A stretch of 64,000 nt of DNA from the NCBI GenBank assembly GCA_965279515.1, contig CBDIID010000003.1, positions 1,344,001-1,408,000 of the forward strand. The letters are read 5' to 3'. Within the stretch, counting starts at the first letter, position 1. Every line of letters starts with the position of its first letter. The notes beneath the pieces are model-generated. The model searched no databases, was not told where the DNA came from, and saw nothing but the letters and a program-made list of their open reading frames with translations. Both the position numbers and the translations under genes were made by a program. Positions 49,080-58,020 of the stretch are shown here, in pieces. Source of the DNA: Turneriella sp. (GTDB lineage Bacteria; Spirochaetota; Leptospiria; Turneriellales; Turneriellaceae).

Positions 49080-49844
49080 CTATTCGGGAAAAAAAGTCGC
49101 GGTAAAGGGGATATCCCCCTTGGTGAAGATCGAAGGATTCATGCCAAAGGAACGGCGAAAGACATGGCTGAAATGCGGCTGGTCAGAAAACCCGCCCTCG
49201 TGCACCGCCTTCATCAGATGGGGGGAATCTGCCAGCTGCTTAACCGCCTTCAAAGTTTTCGCCCATAACCGGTAAGCCGAGAAGGAAAAGCCGGTCTCAT
49301 CCTGGAACAAATGCCGAAACCGTCCCGGCGACAGGCCGGCTCCGCCTGCCAGGGTTTGCAAGGAAACGTTTTCGGGAGATTTTTTTATTTCTTCAACGCT
49401 GGTGGCAATACGCGGATCCATGGTATGCGGTGCGGGCTTCTTTTTGTATTGAGTCAGAAGATCCGCGATCTTGTGGCGAGTTTCCGGCTGGCGTTGCTGC
49501 GTTAAAGTAAAGAGGTTATCCCGGTGGGCGGGCGTCAGCAAATCGCCGATTTCAAAAGCCGCGTGATCCGGTAGACGCGAGACATCCGCAAAAAGGCCAG
49601 AGCCGACACTCAGCGGATCCAGATAGACGAGCGCCAAGGCATCGGCCTCAGGCCGCATTTCATGCCTGACACCCGACGGAATAAAAGCGGATCGGTATGG
49701 ACGCCACTCGCCATCGCGGCCCCTGAGCCGAACGATTCCCGATTGGGGCAGGCAGATTTGAATATAAAAATGCTGGTGCGGTTCTGAGACAAACGGCGTA
49801 GCCGAATAGGTCGCCATATCAGGCCAGATCTGAAAATGTCGCAT
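49080..49844 (-). CDS. AraC-family transcriptional regulator
   Basis: LSPGRFRHLF, GGFSDQPHFSHVFRRSFG. Confidence 0.92.
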   Translation of the reverse strand: MRHFQIWPDMATYSATPFVSEPHQHFYIQICLPQSGIVRLRGRDGEWRPYRSAFIPSGVRHEMRPEADALALVYLDPLSVGSGLFADVSRLPDHAAFEIGDLLTPAHRDNLFTLTQQRQPETRHKIADLLTQYKKKPAPHTMDPRIATSVEEIKKSPENVSLQTLAGGAGLSPGRFRHLFQDETGFSFSAYRLWAKTLKAVKQLADSPHLMKAVHEGGFSDQPHFSHVFRRSFGMNPSIFTKGDIPFTATFFPE

Positions 49845-49917
49845 CGTTGGTTACGGCAAACCCGAGTTCATCGCGGGGGTATTGCGTAGTTCAAATTAAC
49901 GACCGGTCGCCGCCCGC

Positions 49918-49932
49918 TGGCACAGAGTTTGC
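49918..49932 (+). promoter_or_regulatory. Sigma54 -24/-12 promoter (perfect consensus)
   Basis: TGGCAC-AGAGT-TTGC. Confidence 0.85.
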
Positions 49933-49943
49933 TGCAAGCTTGT

Positions 49944-50567
49944 ATGGTCACTGTTTCCGCGGAAAATCAATCAGGCATACGCCTCACGAGCACCATGCTC
50001 GCCGATGGAAATTATAAGCTGCAGTTCCTTTTTCCCCAGGACGCCAGTGGCATTCTCTATAAAGTCACCACCATTCTCTTTGCCTTCGGCTGGGATATCC
50101 TCAGCGCCTACTCGCGCCCGAATGAAGATGCCGAAGTGGAAGATATTTTTATCGTGACTTCGACCAAACACGAAGCACTGACGAAAACTTCGTGCGAACT
50201 GATACTTGTCGCCATTAAAGACCTGATTTCCGGAGAAACCACGCCCGAAGATTTTATCGCGCGTTATCCCGAAAAAATACAGCAGATAAAAAATGCCCGT
50301 GCGACACGCTCTGATTTTGTTTTCGAACCGTATCCGAAACAGCACTGCTCGCGGCTCGTCGTCGAGCGCCCTGACCGCCCCGGTGTGCTGATGCAGATTA
50401 CGCAGGTGCTCTACACCATCGGACTCGATATCATCTCGTTCTCCGCTGAAGCGGTTGTGCAAGGTGTGCGCGATGAGTTTCTCATCAACCACGCCGACGG
50501 CACAGAGATCAGCGAAAAAGACCGGGAATTTCTTTCGGATTTATTTAATCAAAAATTAACTTTCTAA
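49944..50567 (+). CDS. Stand-alone tandem ACT-domain protein (GlnD C-terminus-like)
   Basis: D..GILYKV..WDILSA..EDIF and DRPGVLMQI..GLDI..RDEF. Confidence 0.8.
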   Translation: MVTVSAENQSGIRLTSTMLADGNYKLQFLFPQDASGILYKVTTILFAFGWDILSAYSRPNEDAEVEDIFIVTSTKHEALTKTSCELILVAIKDLISGETTPEDFIARYPEKIQQIKNARATRSDFVFEPYPKQHCSRLVVERPDRPGVLMQITQVLYTIGLDIISFSAEAVVQGVRDEFLINHADGTEISEKDREFLSDLFNQKLTF

Positions 50568-50606
50568 CCCCCCATGTCCCCCCTAATAGGGGGGATTCAG
50601 GGGGGT
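50568..50606. repeat. C/G-rich palindrome between convergent genes
   Basis: CCCCCC-ATG-TCCCCCCT-AAT-AGGGGGGA-TTCA-GGGGGG. Confidence 0.7.
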
Positions 50607-51052
50607 CCCGGTTTAAAGACCGCGAACTCGATGCCGTGTGGGTCGAGCATGACGCAGAAGCGGCCTTCGGGTATGTCCATCGGCGGAACCTGTATCTTAC
50701 CGCCCGCCTTCGCCGCATCGGTCGCCGCGGCGTCGACATCCTTCACATAAAAGAATGTCATCCAGCGCGGGCCGCGGTCTTCGATCATCTCGGTGACATG
50801 CGCGACATCGGTTTTGCCGGCGCTTAAGATCATCATGCTCTTTTCGCCGCCCGGCGCCATCTTGCTCGACAGTTTCAGTACCTGGCGGTAAAAACGCGCC
50901 GACTCTGCCTGGTTCGGGGTATTGAGTCCCATCCAGACGACGGTGCCTTCGAGAAGTTTCGGTGCGGATGGTTTCGCTTTGGCGGCCGGTTTAACCTTTT
51001 TGACGGTTTTTTTCGCGGCCTTTTTCTTTGCGGGCTTTTTTTTCGCTGCCAT
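50597..51052 (-). CDS. VOC/glyoxalase-family protein with a Lys/Ala-rich N-tail
   Basis: WMTFFYVKDVDAA..GG..PPMDIPEGRF..DPHG. Confidence 0.85.
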   Translation of the reverse strand: MAAKKKPAKKKAAKKTVKKVKPAAKAKPSAPKLLEGTVVWMGLNTPNQAESARFYRQVLKLSSKMAPGGEKSMMILSAGKTDVAHVTEMIEDRGPRWMTFFYVKDVDAAATDAAKAGGKIQVPPMDIPEGRFCVMLDPHGIEFAVFKPGPP

Positions 51053-51088
51053 GGCAAACATTTGCCCGACGGATTCAGGCGTCAAACA

Positions 51089-51835
51089 TTATGGCATGCG
51101 TTTTTCAACGCGGTCCGACTCGAAGCCGATCGGCGAGTATTCCAAAAGGCGAATACCGGCCGGCAACGTGGCAAACCAGCCGCGCATATTCTCGCGCGAC
51201 TGCATCAGTTCAAAGCTTGTGCGTATAGCCATGCCGGCCTTCATGAGAATGCCCCCGGTCTTTTTGAGCGCCATCTCGTATTGCCACGTTTCGCGGGTCT
51301 GCAGCCGGTGCATGGGTGGTACATGCGGATCGATAAACCGGGCATAGATTTGGTTATCTATATAAGAGAAGTCGGCACCCAAAATGTGGATTTCTCCCTT
51401 AGAGCCAGACTGGCTCTGTGCGGCAGGCTTGCCGCCGTGTAGAATTTCATTCACCGCATAGGAAAGCATGACCCCGAGCACCGTCCCGGGCGAATAGAGT
51501 TCAGGCAGGTTGCCACTTTCACCGCGCAGTTTAAAACGAGCCACCGTACGCTTTGTGGTAAACCGCAAATTCGGGGCAGGCACCTTTTCATACGCCATGA
51601 CAGCAAAAGAGGAAATCCCACGGATGCGCGCCAGGTACAGATGGCGGCGCAATTCAACCGTAAACACCGTAGCCTGAATTTTCGGATAAAGGCGCAGAAA
51701 CGCCGCGGCGACCGAATCGCTGATCAGGAAATGCGCGCCTGCGCCGGCGAGGTTCTCAATCGCAGCGCGCACATAGTCGAGCGACGGCCCCGCGCCCACG
51801 ACCGCAAACAGCGTATCGCCTGCGGGCGCAGCCAT
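51089..51835 (-). CDS. MptE-like / Maf (DUF115) family protein
   Basis: VVGAGPSL, GTV, HILGADF. Confidence 0.7.
   Translation of the reverse strand: MAAPAGDTLFAVVGAGPSLDYVRAAIENLAGAGAHFLISDSVAAAFLRLYPKIQATVFTVELRRHLYLARIRGISSFAVMAYEKVPAPNLRFTTKRTVARFKLRGESGNLPELYSPGTVLGVMLSYAVNEILHGGKPAAQSQSGSKGEIHILGADFSYIDNQIYARFIDPHVPPMHRLQTRETWQYEMALKKTGGILMKAGMAIRTSFELMQSRENMRGWFATLPAGIRLLEYSPIGFESDRVEKRMP
51401..51435. repeat. Twin-hairpin in-frame insert
   Basis: AGAGCCAG-A-CTGGCTCT and GCGGCA-GGCT-TGCCGC; encodes GGKPAAQSQSGS. Confidence 0.6.
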
Positions 51836-51838
51836 GCG

Positions 51839-52690
51839 CTATACCGCAACTTCAAAATCCCGGAGCGCGTTGTTCAGCGAGGTTTTGAGGTCGGTCGATT
51901 CTTTGCGCTCGCCGATGATCAGCGCGCATGGCACCTGGAACTCGCCGCCGGGAAATTTTTTTGGGTATGTACCGGGAATCACCACCGAATTTTTCGGCAC
52001 GAAACTTTTGTAAGTCTGCGTTTCAGATTTCGAGACGTCGATGATCTTCGTGGATGCGGTGAGAATGACCCCTGAACCTAAGACGGCGCCCGTGCTGACA
52101 TGCACCCCTTCGACGACGACACAGCGCGAACCTAAGAAGGCATGGTCTTCGATGATGACGGGCAAACCCTGGGGCGGCTCGAGCACACCGCCGATGCCGA
52201 CGCCGCCCGAGAGATGCACATGCTGGCCGATCTGGGCGCAGCTGCCCACCGTCGCCCAGGTATCGACCATGGTACCGCCGCCGACATAGGCGCCGATGTT
52301 GACATACGACGGCATCATGATCGCGCCGGGTTCGAGAAAACTGCCGTAGCGCGCGACGGCAGGCGGCACCACGCGCACCTTCTGCGCGGCATAATTCTTT
52401 TTCGTGGGTATTTTATCCCAATATTCGATGTCGCCCGAGTGAGACGTCTGCATGCCCTGCATCGGAAAATACATGAGGATTGCCTTTTTCACCCAGGCAT
52501 TCACGCGCCAGGTGTCGGCGGTATTGTCGCCCGACTTTGGGGGAGTTGCCACGCGCAGCTCGCCGCGGTCGAGCATGTCGATAATGGCGTGCACGACGCG
52601 GCGCGTCTCGGCATCATCGAGCACCGCGGGGTTGGTATTCTTTGCTTCGTATTGTTTTTCGATAAAATCGGGAAACTGGGATCTATCCAT
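51839..52690 (-). CDS. dapD: Tetrahydrodipicolinate N-succinyltransferase
   Basis: WVKKAIL, MPSYVNIGAYV, MVDTWATVGSCAQIG, GGVLEP, KTSLN. Confidence 0.96.
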   Translation of the reverse strand: MDRSQFPDFIEKQYEAKNTNPAVLDDAETRRVVHAIIDMLDRGELRVATPPKSGDNTADTWRVNAWVKKAILMYFPMQGMQTSHSGDIEYWDKIPTKKNYAAQKVRVVPPAVARYGSFLEPGAIMMPSYVNIGAYVGGGTMVDTWATVGSCAQIGQHVHLSGGVGIGGVLEPPQGLPVIIEDHAFLGSRCVVVEGVHVSTGAVLGSGVILTASTKIIDVSKSETQTYKSFVPKNSVVIPGTYPKKFPGGEFQVPCALIIGERKESTDLKTSLNNALRDFEVAV

Positions 52691-52727
52691 GCGTGCAAAT
52701 AGAGATTCGAGATGCGCCGCAAACTTT

Positions 52728-53288
52728 TTAATGCCGTTGTAAACCGGCGATATAGGCAATCAGGGCAAAACGGTAACTTTCTGCCATATCGCCGGGCATT
52801 CCGAAACCGCCAGCCGCTTCGAGATCGGCGAAACCATGCATCAGGCTTCTCAGCCCGCGCACCGCGTGCACTAGATTTTTCTCTTTGACGCCGACGGCGA
52901 TCACCAGCGGAAAGATGGCTGCCAATAACTGCTCTGCCGCTTCGCGAAACTCAGGACCGCGCTTCACAAGCGTAGGCTGCAGTGCGCGGTAATACGTCGG
53001 GTGTTCGCTGGCGAACGTGCGGTAAATCGTACAGGCCGTAAGTAGTGCCTCGGTGGGATTTTTGTGTGCGGGCGCGGCACGCAGCGCGGCAGTCAGTTGC
53101 TGTGCGCCGCGCACCCCGACCTCATCGAAGAGATCGCCGAGACTCTCAATATGTTTGTAGAGCGAAGGCGTCTGAATGCCCAGATCGCGTGCAAGATTAC
53201 CGAGTGTGAGCGCGGTTGCACCCTGCGCATCGCCGAGCTTTATTGCCGCGGCGATGACGCGCTCACGTGTGAGATTCTGTCTGGGCAT
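52728..53288 (-). CDS. TetR-family regulator (WHG-type C-terminus)
   Basis: LARDLGIQTPSLYKH, RSLMHGFADLE..GGFG. Confidence 0.92.
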   Translation of the reverse strand: MPRQNLTRERVIAAAIKLGDAQGATALTLGNLARDLGIQTPSLYKHIESLGDLFDEVGVRGAQQLTAALRAAPAHKNPTEALLTACTIYRTFASEHPTYYRALQPTLVKRGPEFREAAEQLLAAIFPLVIAVGVKEKNLVHAVRGLRSLMHGFADLEAAGGFGMPGDMAESYRFALIAYIAGLQRH

Positions 53289-54220
53289 CAGGGGACAATG
53301 CTGCCGTCGGTATCGTGGCCGTAAAGCACGCGCATTTTCGGATAACGTGCCGCAAAATCCCGGAGCCGGGCGAGCGTCGCTTCACCTTCGGCATGGTTCT
53401 GCATTTTTCCCGGCGCGATATTATTCTTAAAACCATAGCCGGTATGGCTGGCATCGCCGGTGATGAGCGCGGGGCCTGAGGGCGTATTCACGAGAAATGA
53501 CATATGGCCGGCCGAATGGCCCGGCGTGTGTATCGCCCATACACTGCCGTCGCCGAAAACATCGAATACCGCACCGAGGTTTTCGACGCGCGGCGCTTTC
53601 GCGAAATCGATTTCGGTGATATTTTCGATGCCGTCGAGGTGTTTCATACAGAGACCAAAAATATCGGCATATGAATCGGCGAGTGTGCCCTTGCCCGCAT
53701 AGTAGGGAATATTCTTCGGCAGATCGGGCGCGCCCGAGGTATGGTCCACGTGCATGTGCGTGAAATACACTGCCTTGAGATCGCCGCCGCGTTCTTTCAG
53801 CTGCGCCGCGATATCCTGACCCGGTTTTTGTTTTGCGAAGTTAAAGAAAACTCCCATGCAGCCGAAATTGCCATGGCCCGAACGGGTAAAGCTGGCATCA
53901 AAGCCAGTATCAATGAGAATGTCACCCTTGGTTTTGTGGCGCACCAGGTAGCTCAGTACCGGCACATGCAGTTTGCGGTTCTTCGCCCCGGGAATTTTGT
54001 CGAGATCGAGCAACAGGCCGGTTTCGACCTCGACCTCACCTGTGTTGAGCACTGCGACTTCGGCGAGGGACTGCGGCGCCGTGCGGAAAAGAGCTTTCTC
54101 GGCAAGCGTTCGCTGATCGTCACGGCCAGAATCCCGGACGCCTGGAATATAAGTGGAACACCGAGCCAGCGCCACGGCGCAGGCAAGGAAAAGCAGTTTG
54201 TTTTGTATTTTCATAATCAT
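53288..54220 (-). CDS. Metallo-beta-lactamase-fold hydrolase, AHL-lactonase-like lipoprotein
   Basis: THMHVDH, DVFGDGS, TPGHSAGH, TGDA, GHD; lipobox LARC. Confidence 0.85.
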   Translation of the reverse strand: MIMKIQNKLLFLACAVALARCSTYIPGVRDSGRDDQRTLAEKALFRTAPQSLAEVAVLNTGEVEVETGLLLDLDKIPGAKNRKLHVPVLSYLVRHKTKGDILIDTGFDASFTRSGHGNFGCMGVFFNFAKQKPGQDIAAQLKERGGDLKAVYFTHMHVDHTSGAPDLPKNIPYYAGKGTLADSYADIFGLCMKHLDGIENITEIDFAKAPRVENLGAVFDVFGDGSVWAIHTPGHSAGHMSFLVNTPSGPALITGDASHTGYGFKNNIAPGKMQNHAEGEATLARLRDFAARYPKMRVLYGHDTDGSIVP

Positions 54221-54226
54221 CTCCTA

Positions 54227-54267
54227 AAGCTAATGCTATTAGCCAAATTAGCTAATAGCATTAGCTT
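54227..54267. promoter_or_regulatory. Double TetR-type operator overlapping the promoter
   Basis: Two GCTAAT-N3-ATTAGC sites forming a 17-bp perfect IR with a 7-nt spacer; TTTACA-N16-TAATTT and AGGAG on the minus strand. Confidence 0.8.
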
Positions 54268-54365
54268 GTAAAGAGATTTTCAGATTTAGAATACCCGCAG
54301 CCGCCCCAAAACGACACCAAAGCGTAAATCGTTGGTCAGTCTGCGAAATTATCGAAATCTGCCGC

Positions 54366-55907
54366 ATGCGCTTGGGATTCCTTATCATTTTATTGGCTTT
54401 AGGGCAACTCTTTGCCGCGGATAAACCTAGCGAAAAATTCAATGTCTCCGAATTCAGGGCCACCATCGAAAAACGTATCCAGAAGCGCACCCTCGCCAAT
54501 GGCCTGCGCGTCATCGTCATGCGCCAGCCTTCGAGCCCCACCGTTGCCTGCTACCTGAAGATCGGCGTCGGCTCGGCGAATGAGCCCTTCGACCAGTCGG
54601 GCACCGCCCATTTTCTCGAGCACCTGCTATTCAAAGGGACATCCAAAATCGGCACGACCAACTATGCCGAAGAGAAAGTCTACCTCGACCAGATCGAAGC
54701 AGATGGCGAGCGCATCGATACGCTCGAGCGCACGTTACTCAACCCCCTGCTGACCGCCGATGAACGCAAAAAAATCGAAGCGCGCATGCAGGTGCTCGAG
54801 GGCCGCCTCGCGCGCTGGCAAAAAGCCGCGCACCAGTTCGTCATATCCGAAGAAGATTCGCAGGCCTATTCGCTCGCCGGCCAGGTCGGTTACAATGCCT
54901 ATACCACAACCGACGTGACAAACTACCAGATCAAACTGCCCGCGCACCGTCTCGAGATGTGGGCTGACCTCGAAAGCGGCCGTTTTCTTGACCCCGTGCT
55001 GCGCGAGTATTATCCCGAACGCAAGGTTATTAAAGAAGAAAGGCGGATGCGCTACGATTCGCGGCCCACTTCCCTGCTCTACGAACTTTTCCTGAAAACC
55101 GCCTTCGGTATGAGCCCCTATGGCAAACCTGTGATCGGCTTCGAGAAAAGCATGCACCGCCTGCGCCTCAAAGAGACGCGGGAATTTTTCGATACCAACT
55201 ATGTACCGTCGCGCATGGTGATTGCGATCGTCGGCGATATTGACTTCGACAAGACTTTTGGCATCATGGAAAAATATTTTGGCCGTATCAAGGCACGGCC
55301 CACGCCGGAGTTCCCACCCACTGTCTACGAGCCGCAAAAGGGCCGGCGCATTGCCTACCTCGAGGCAAAAAACTCTCCCGCGATGATCACAGGCTGGGCG
55401 CGCCCCTCGGTGCACCATGCCGACGACCGCGCCTTTGAAGTTCTGGCGCGCTTACTCGGCGACGGCCAGACCTCTCGCCTCGTCAACCGCCTCGTGATCC
55501 GTGACAAGCTCACGGGCGATGTGAAGGTAGGTTCGACGACGCCGGGCGATAAGCTCGATACGCAGTTCACGATTTTTGCGGATGTCTTCGATGCGGCAAA
55601 TTACGGCGCGATTGAAAAGGGTATCGCCGAAGAGCTCGAACGGCTGAAAACCGAAGGGCCGTCCGCCGAGGAGCTGCAAAAGATCAAAAACCGCTATGTG
55701 GCAGAACTGGTGCACACGCTGCAGCAGAATGCGGGCCTCGCAGACACCTTGTCATACTACGAGCTCATCATGCAGGACTACCAGAAGATGTTTTCGGCAA
55801 TTGAAGAACTTGAACAGGTCGATGCGGCGAAAATCAAGGCTTTAGTGGCCAAATACTTCACGGAAACGCAGAATACCACGGTTTACCTGAAACCGGTAGC
55901 GAAATAA
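54366..55907 (+). CDS. M16 (pitrilysin) zinc peptidase
   Basis: HFLEH, NAYT, EERRMR; signal peptide. Confidence 0.93.
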   Translation: MRLGFLIILLALGQLFAADKPSEKFNVSEFRATIEKRIQKRTLANGLRVIVMRQPSSPTVACYLKIGVGSANEPFDQSGTAHFLEHLLFKGTSKIGTTNYAEEKVYLDQIEADGERIDTLERTLLNPLLTADERKKIEARMQVLEGRLARWQKAAHQFVISEEDSQAYSLAGQVGYNAYTTTDVTNYQIKLPAHRLEMWADLESGRFLDPVLREYYPERKVIKEERRMRYDSRPTSLLYELFLKTAFGMSPYGKPVIGFEKSMHRLRLKETREFFDTNYVPSRMVIAIVGDIDFDKTFGIMEKYFGRIKARPTPEFPPTVYEPQKGRRIAYLEAKNSPAMITGWARPSVHHADDRAFEVLARLLGDGQTSRLVNRLVIRDKLTGDVKVGSTTPGDKLDTQFTIFADVFDAANYGAIEKGIAEELERLKTEGPSAEELQKIKNRYVAELVHTLQQNAGLADTLSYYELIMQDYQKMFSAIEELEQVDAAKIKALVAKYFTETQNTTVYLKPVAK

Positions 55908-55966
55908 TTTCCTGATCGATTTCGAAATCGAGTAGAAATTCTGTTTTTCCCGGTTATATTCGGGGT

Positions 55967-57106
55967 ATGAAAACCCTATTAAAACTCAGCCTGGCCCTGA
56001 CGCTGGGCCTTGGCTGCAGCGGGCGCCAGGTACGGCCGAATATTGCCCTCGAACCAGCCCAGACCCCGGGATTTGACGCCCCTGCACTTAGCACGATTCT
56101 CAATTCCGCGCAGGGCGGTGATGCCAATATCCACAGCATTCTGATCGAGCGCCGCGGCAAGATGATCGCCGAAATCTACCGCACGGGGTCAGATAAGACC
56201 ATGATGAAACGTTATGGCATGGGAAATCCCTTTGCCTCAGACATCGTCTTCGACGCCGATACGCTGCACGATGTACGCTCGGTGAGCAAGAGTGTCACAG
56301 CGCTTCTGTTCGGTCTCGCAAAGTACGAAAAGATTCTGCCGTCGCCCGAAACCGGCGTTCTCAGTGTGTATCCCGAACTTGCCGATCTCGCGACCGAAGC
56401 GCGCAGCCGCATCACCTTCGGCCACCTGCTGACGATGACGAGCGGCCTCGACTGGAAAGAATGGGGTCGCGGCTTTCTGACCAGCGACGAAACCCGCCTG
56501 CTGTGGAAAGACGATCCCGTACGTTTTATGTTCGACCGCGACCAGGCCGCAGAACCCGGAGCAAAATTTAATTATGGCGGCGGCCATACGGCGGTTCTCG
56601 CCGACACTCTCGTCAAAAAAACCGGCCGTCCGCTCGCCGAAATTGCGCAGAGCGAACTTTTCGAACCCTTGGGGATTACCCACTGGGAATGGGCGACGGA
56701 TTCCCAAGGACGCCCACTCGCGCATGCCGGCTTAAGGCTCACACCGCGTGATATGGTGAAACTGGGTCGCCTGGTGTTGGCGAAGGGTAAGTGGAATGGC
56801 AAGCAACTGATCTCGAAAACCTGGCTCGAAGCTATGGTACGGCCGCACACCATGACCGGCGTATTTATTTTTTCAGGTGCGGCCGAAGACGCGGGTTATG
56901 GCTACCAATGGTGGACAGGCCGCAGCGTCACAGCAAAGCGCAGCGTAACATGGAGTGCGGCCATCGGCAACGGCGGCCAGCGCATTTATGTTGTGCCTGA
57001 ACTCGATATGGTGGTGGTGTTCACCGCGGGAGAGTACGGCTCGATTGAAATTCACAAAACCATCGCGGCAATTCTCGACAGCATTGTTGCGGCCGCGCGA
57101 AACTAG
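55967..57106 (+). CDS. Serine hydrolase, beta-lactamase class C-like lipoprotein
   Basis: SVSK, LLTMTSGL, FNY, GYGYQWW, GNGGQ; lipobox GLGC. Confidence 0.9.
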   Translation: MKTLLKLSLALTLGLGCSGRQVRPNIALEPAQTPGFDAPALSTILNSAQGGDANIHSILIERRGKMIAEIYRTGSDKTMMKRYGMGNPFASDIVFDADTLHDVRSVSKSVTALLFGLAKYEKILPSPETGVLSVYPELADLATEARSRITFGHLLTMTSGLDWKEWGRGFLTSDETRLLWKDDPVRFMFDRDQAAEPGAKFNYGGGHTAVLADTLVKKTGRPLAEIAQSELFEPLGITHWEWATDSQGRPLAHAGLRLTPRDMVKLGRLVLAKGKWNGKQLISKTWLEAMVRPHTMTGVFIFSGAAEDAGYGYQWWTGRSVTAKRSVTWSAAIGNGGQRIYVVPELDMVVVFTAGEYGSIEIHKTIAAILDSIVAAARN

Positions 57107-58014
57107 CGCTTACCGTGGGGATGCGCTTTGCGGTAAACATCGAACAGCCGCTCTTTCGCCACCTGCGTATAGTTCTGCGTCGTCGAAACACTGGCATGGC
57201 CCAGCATCTCCTGCACATGCCTGATATCGGCACCTTCATTCAACAGGTCGGTGGCAAAGGAATGCCTGAGGCTATGCGGCGTGATGCGGTGGTCAAGTTC
57301 CAGCGCCGCCACACGTTTTTTAATGAGGTAATAGGCGCCGCGCCGTGTGAGCGCTGTGCCTTTGAAATTGATGAACAGGCTATCGCAGGATCGCTTTAAG
57401 CGGTAAAGTATATCGGCGCGGTGCGGTAAATATTCGAGCAATGCCTGGCGCGCGGCAGACCCCAGGTAAACCACCCTGTCCTTGCTGCCCTTACCGGTGA
57501 CCTTGATTTCATCGGGAATATGTTCCGTGGAAAATAAATTTAACCGCAGCGACAGCGCTTCGGAAATCCGCATGCCCGACGAATAGATCGTCTCCCACAA
57601 TGCCTTGTCGCGGATATGCGCAAACTTTTCGCTATCGCCCACGGCGTCATCGAGCAGGCTTTCGAGTTCGAGCGGCCGCAGCGGCCGCGGTAACAGGCGC
57701 TTGTAACGCGCAGCCTTGAGCGCACGCGCGGGGTTTTTTTCGCTAAAACCGCGGCGCTGCAGAAACAAATAAAAGGATTTTATCGCCGAAAGTTTGCGCG
57801 CCTGGGTACGGCGCTCGAGTGCCTGTTCGTGGTGTTTCAGCGTGCCCAGAAAGGCGTAGATGTCTTCTCCGGTAATGTCTTTCTCTGCGATGGCCTCGCG
57901 CTCGAGGAAATCAAGCCATTGCGCAAGGTCGCGCGCATAGGCCTCGCGCGTGTTCAGAGCCGCATTGCGTTCAGTTTCGAGAAAAATGAGGAATTCCGCC
58001 AACTGCGGGCGCAT
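57103..58014 (-). CDS. Tyrosine recombinase XerC/XerD
   Basis: SGMRISE, GKGSKDR, HSLRHSFAT, LGH, TQNY. Confidence 0.93.
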   Translation of the reverse strand: MRPQLAEFLIFLETERNAALNTREAYARDLAQWLDFLEREAIAEKDITGEDIYAFLGTLKHHEQALERRTQARKLSAIKSFYLFLQRRGFSEKNPARALKAARYKRLLPRPLRPLELESLLDDAVGDSEKFAHIRDKALWETIYSSGMRISEALSLRLNLFSTEHIPDEIKVTGKGSKDRVVYLGSAARQALLEYLPHRADILYRLKRSCDSLFINFKGTALTRRGAYYLIKKRVAALELDHRITPHSLRHSFATDLLNEGADIRHVQEMLGHASVSTTQNYTQVAKERLFDVYRKAHPHGKR

Positions 58015-58020
58015 GTTTTC

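Noticed and set aside
55967..57106. Antibiotic-resistance beta-lactamase
   Set aside because: Motifs fit the broad esterase/amidase-like serine hydrolase group; resistance cannot be inferred
57103..58014. Tyrosine recombinase as a phage or island integrase
   Set aside because: Size and motifs fit housekeeping XerC/D; no att repeats, tRNA or phage genes nearby
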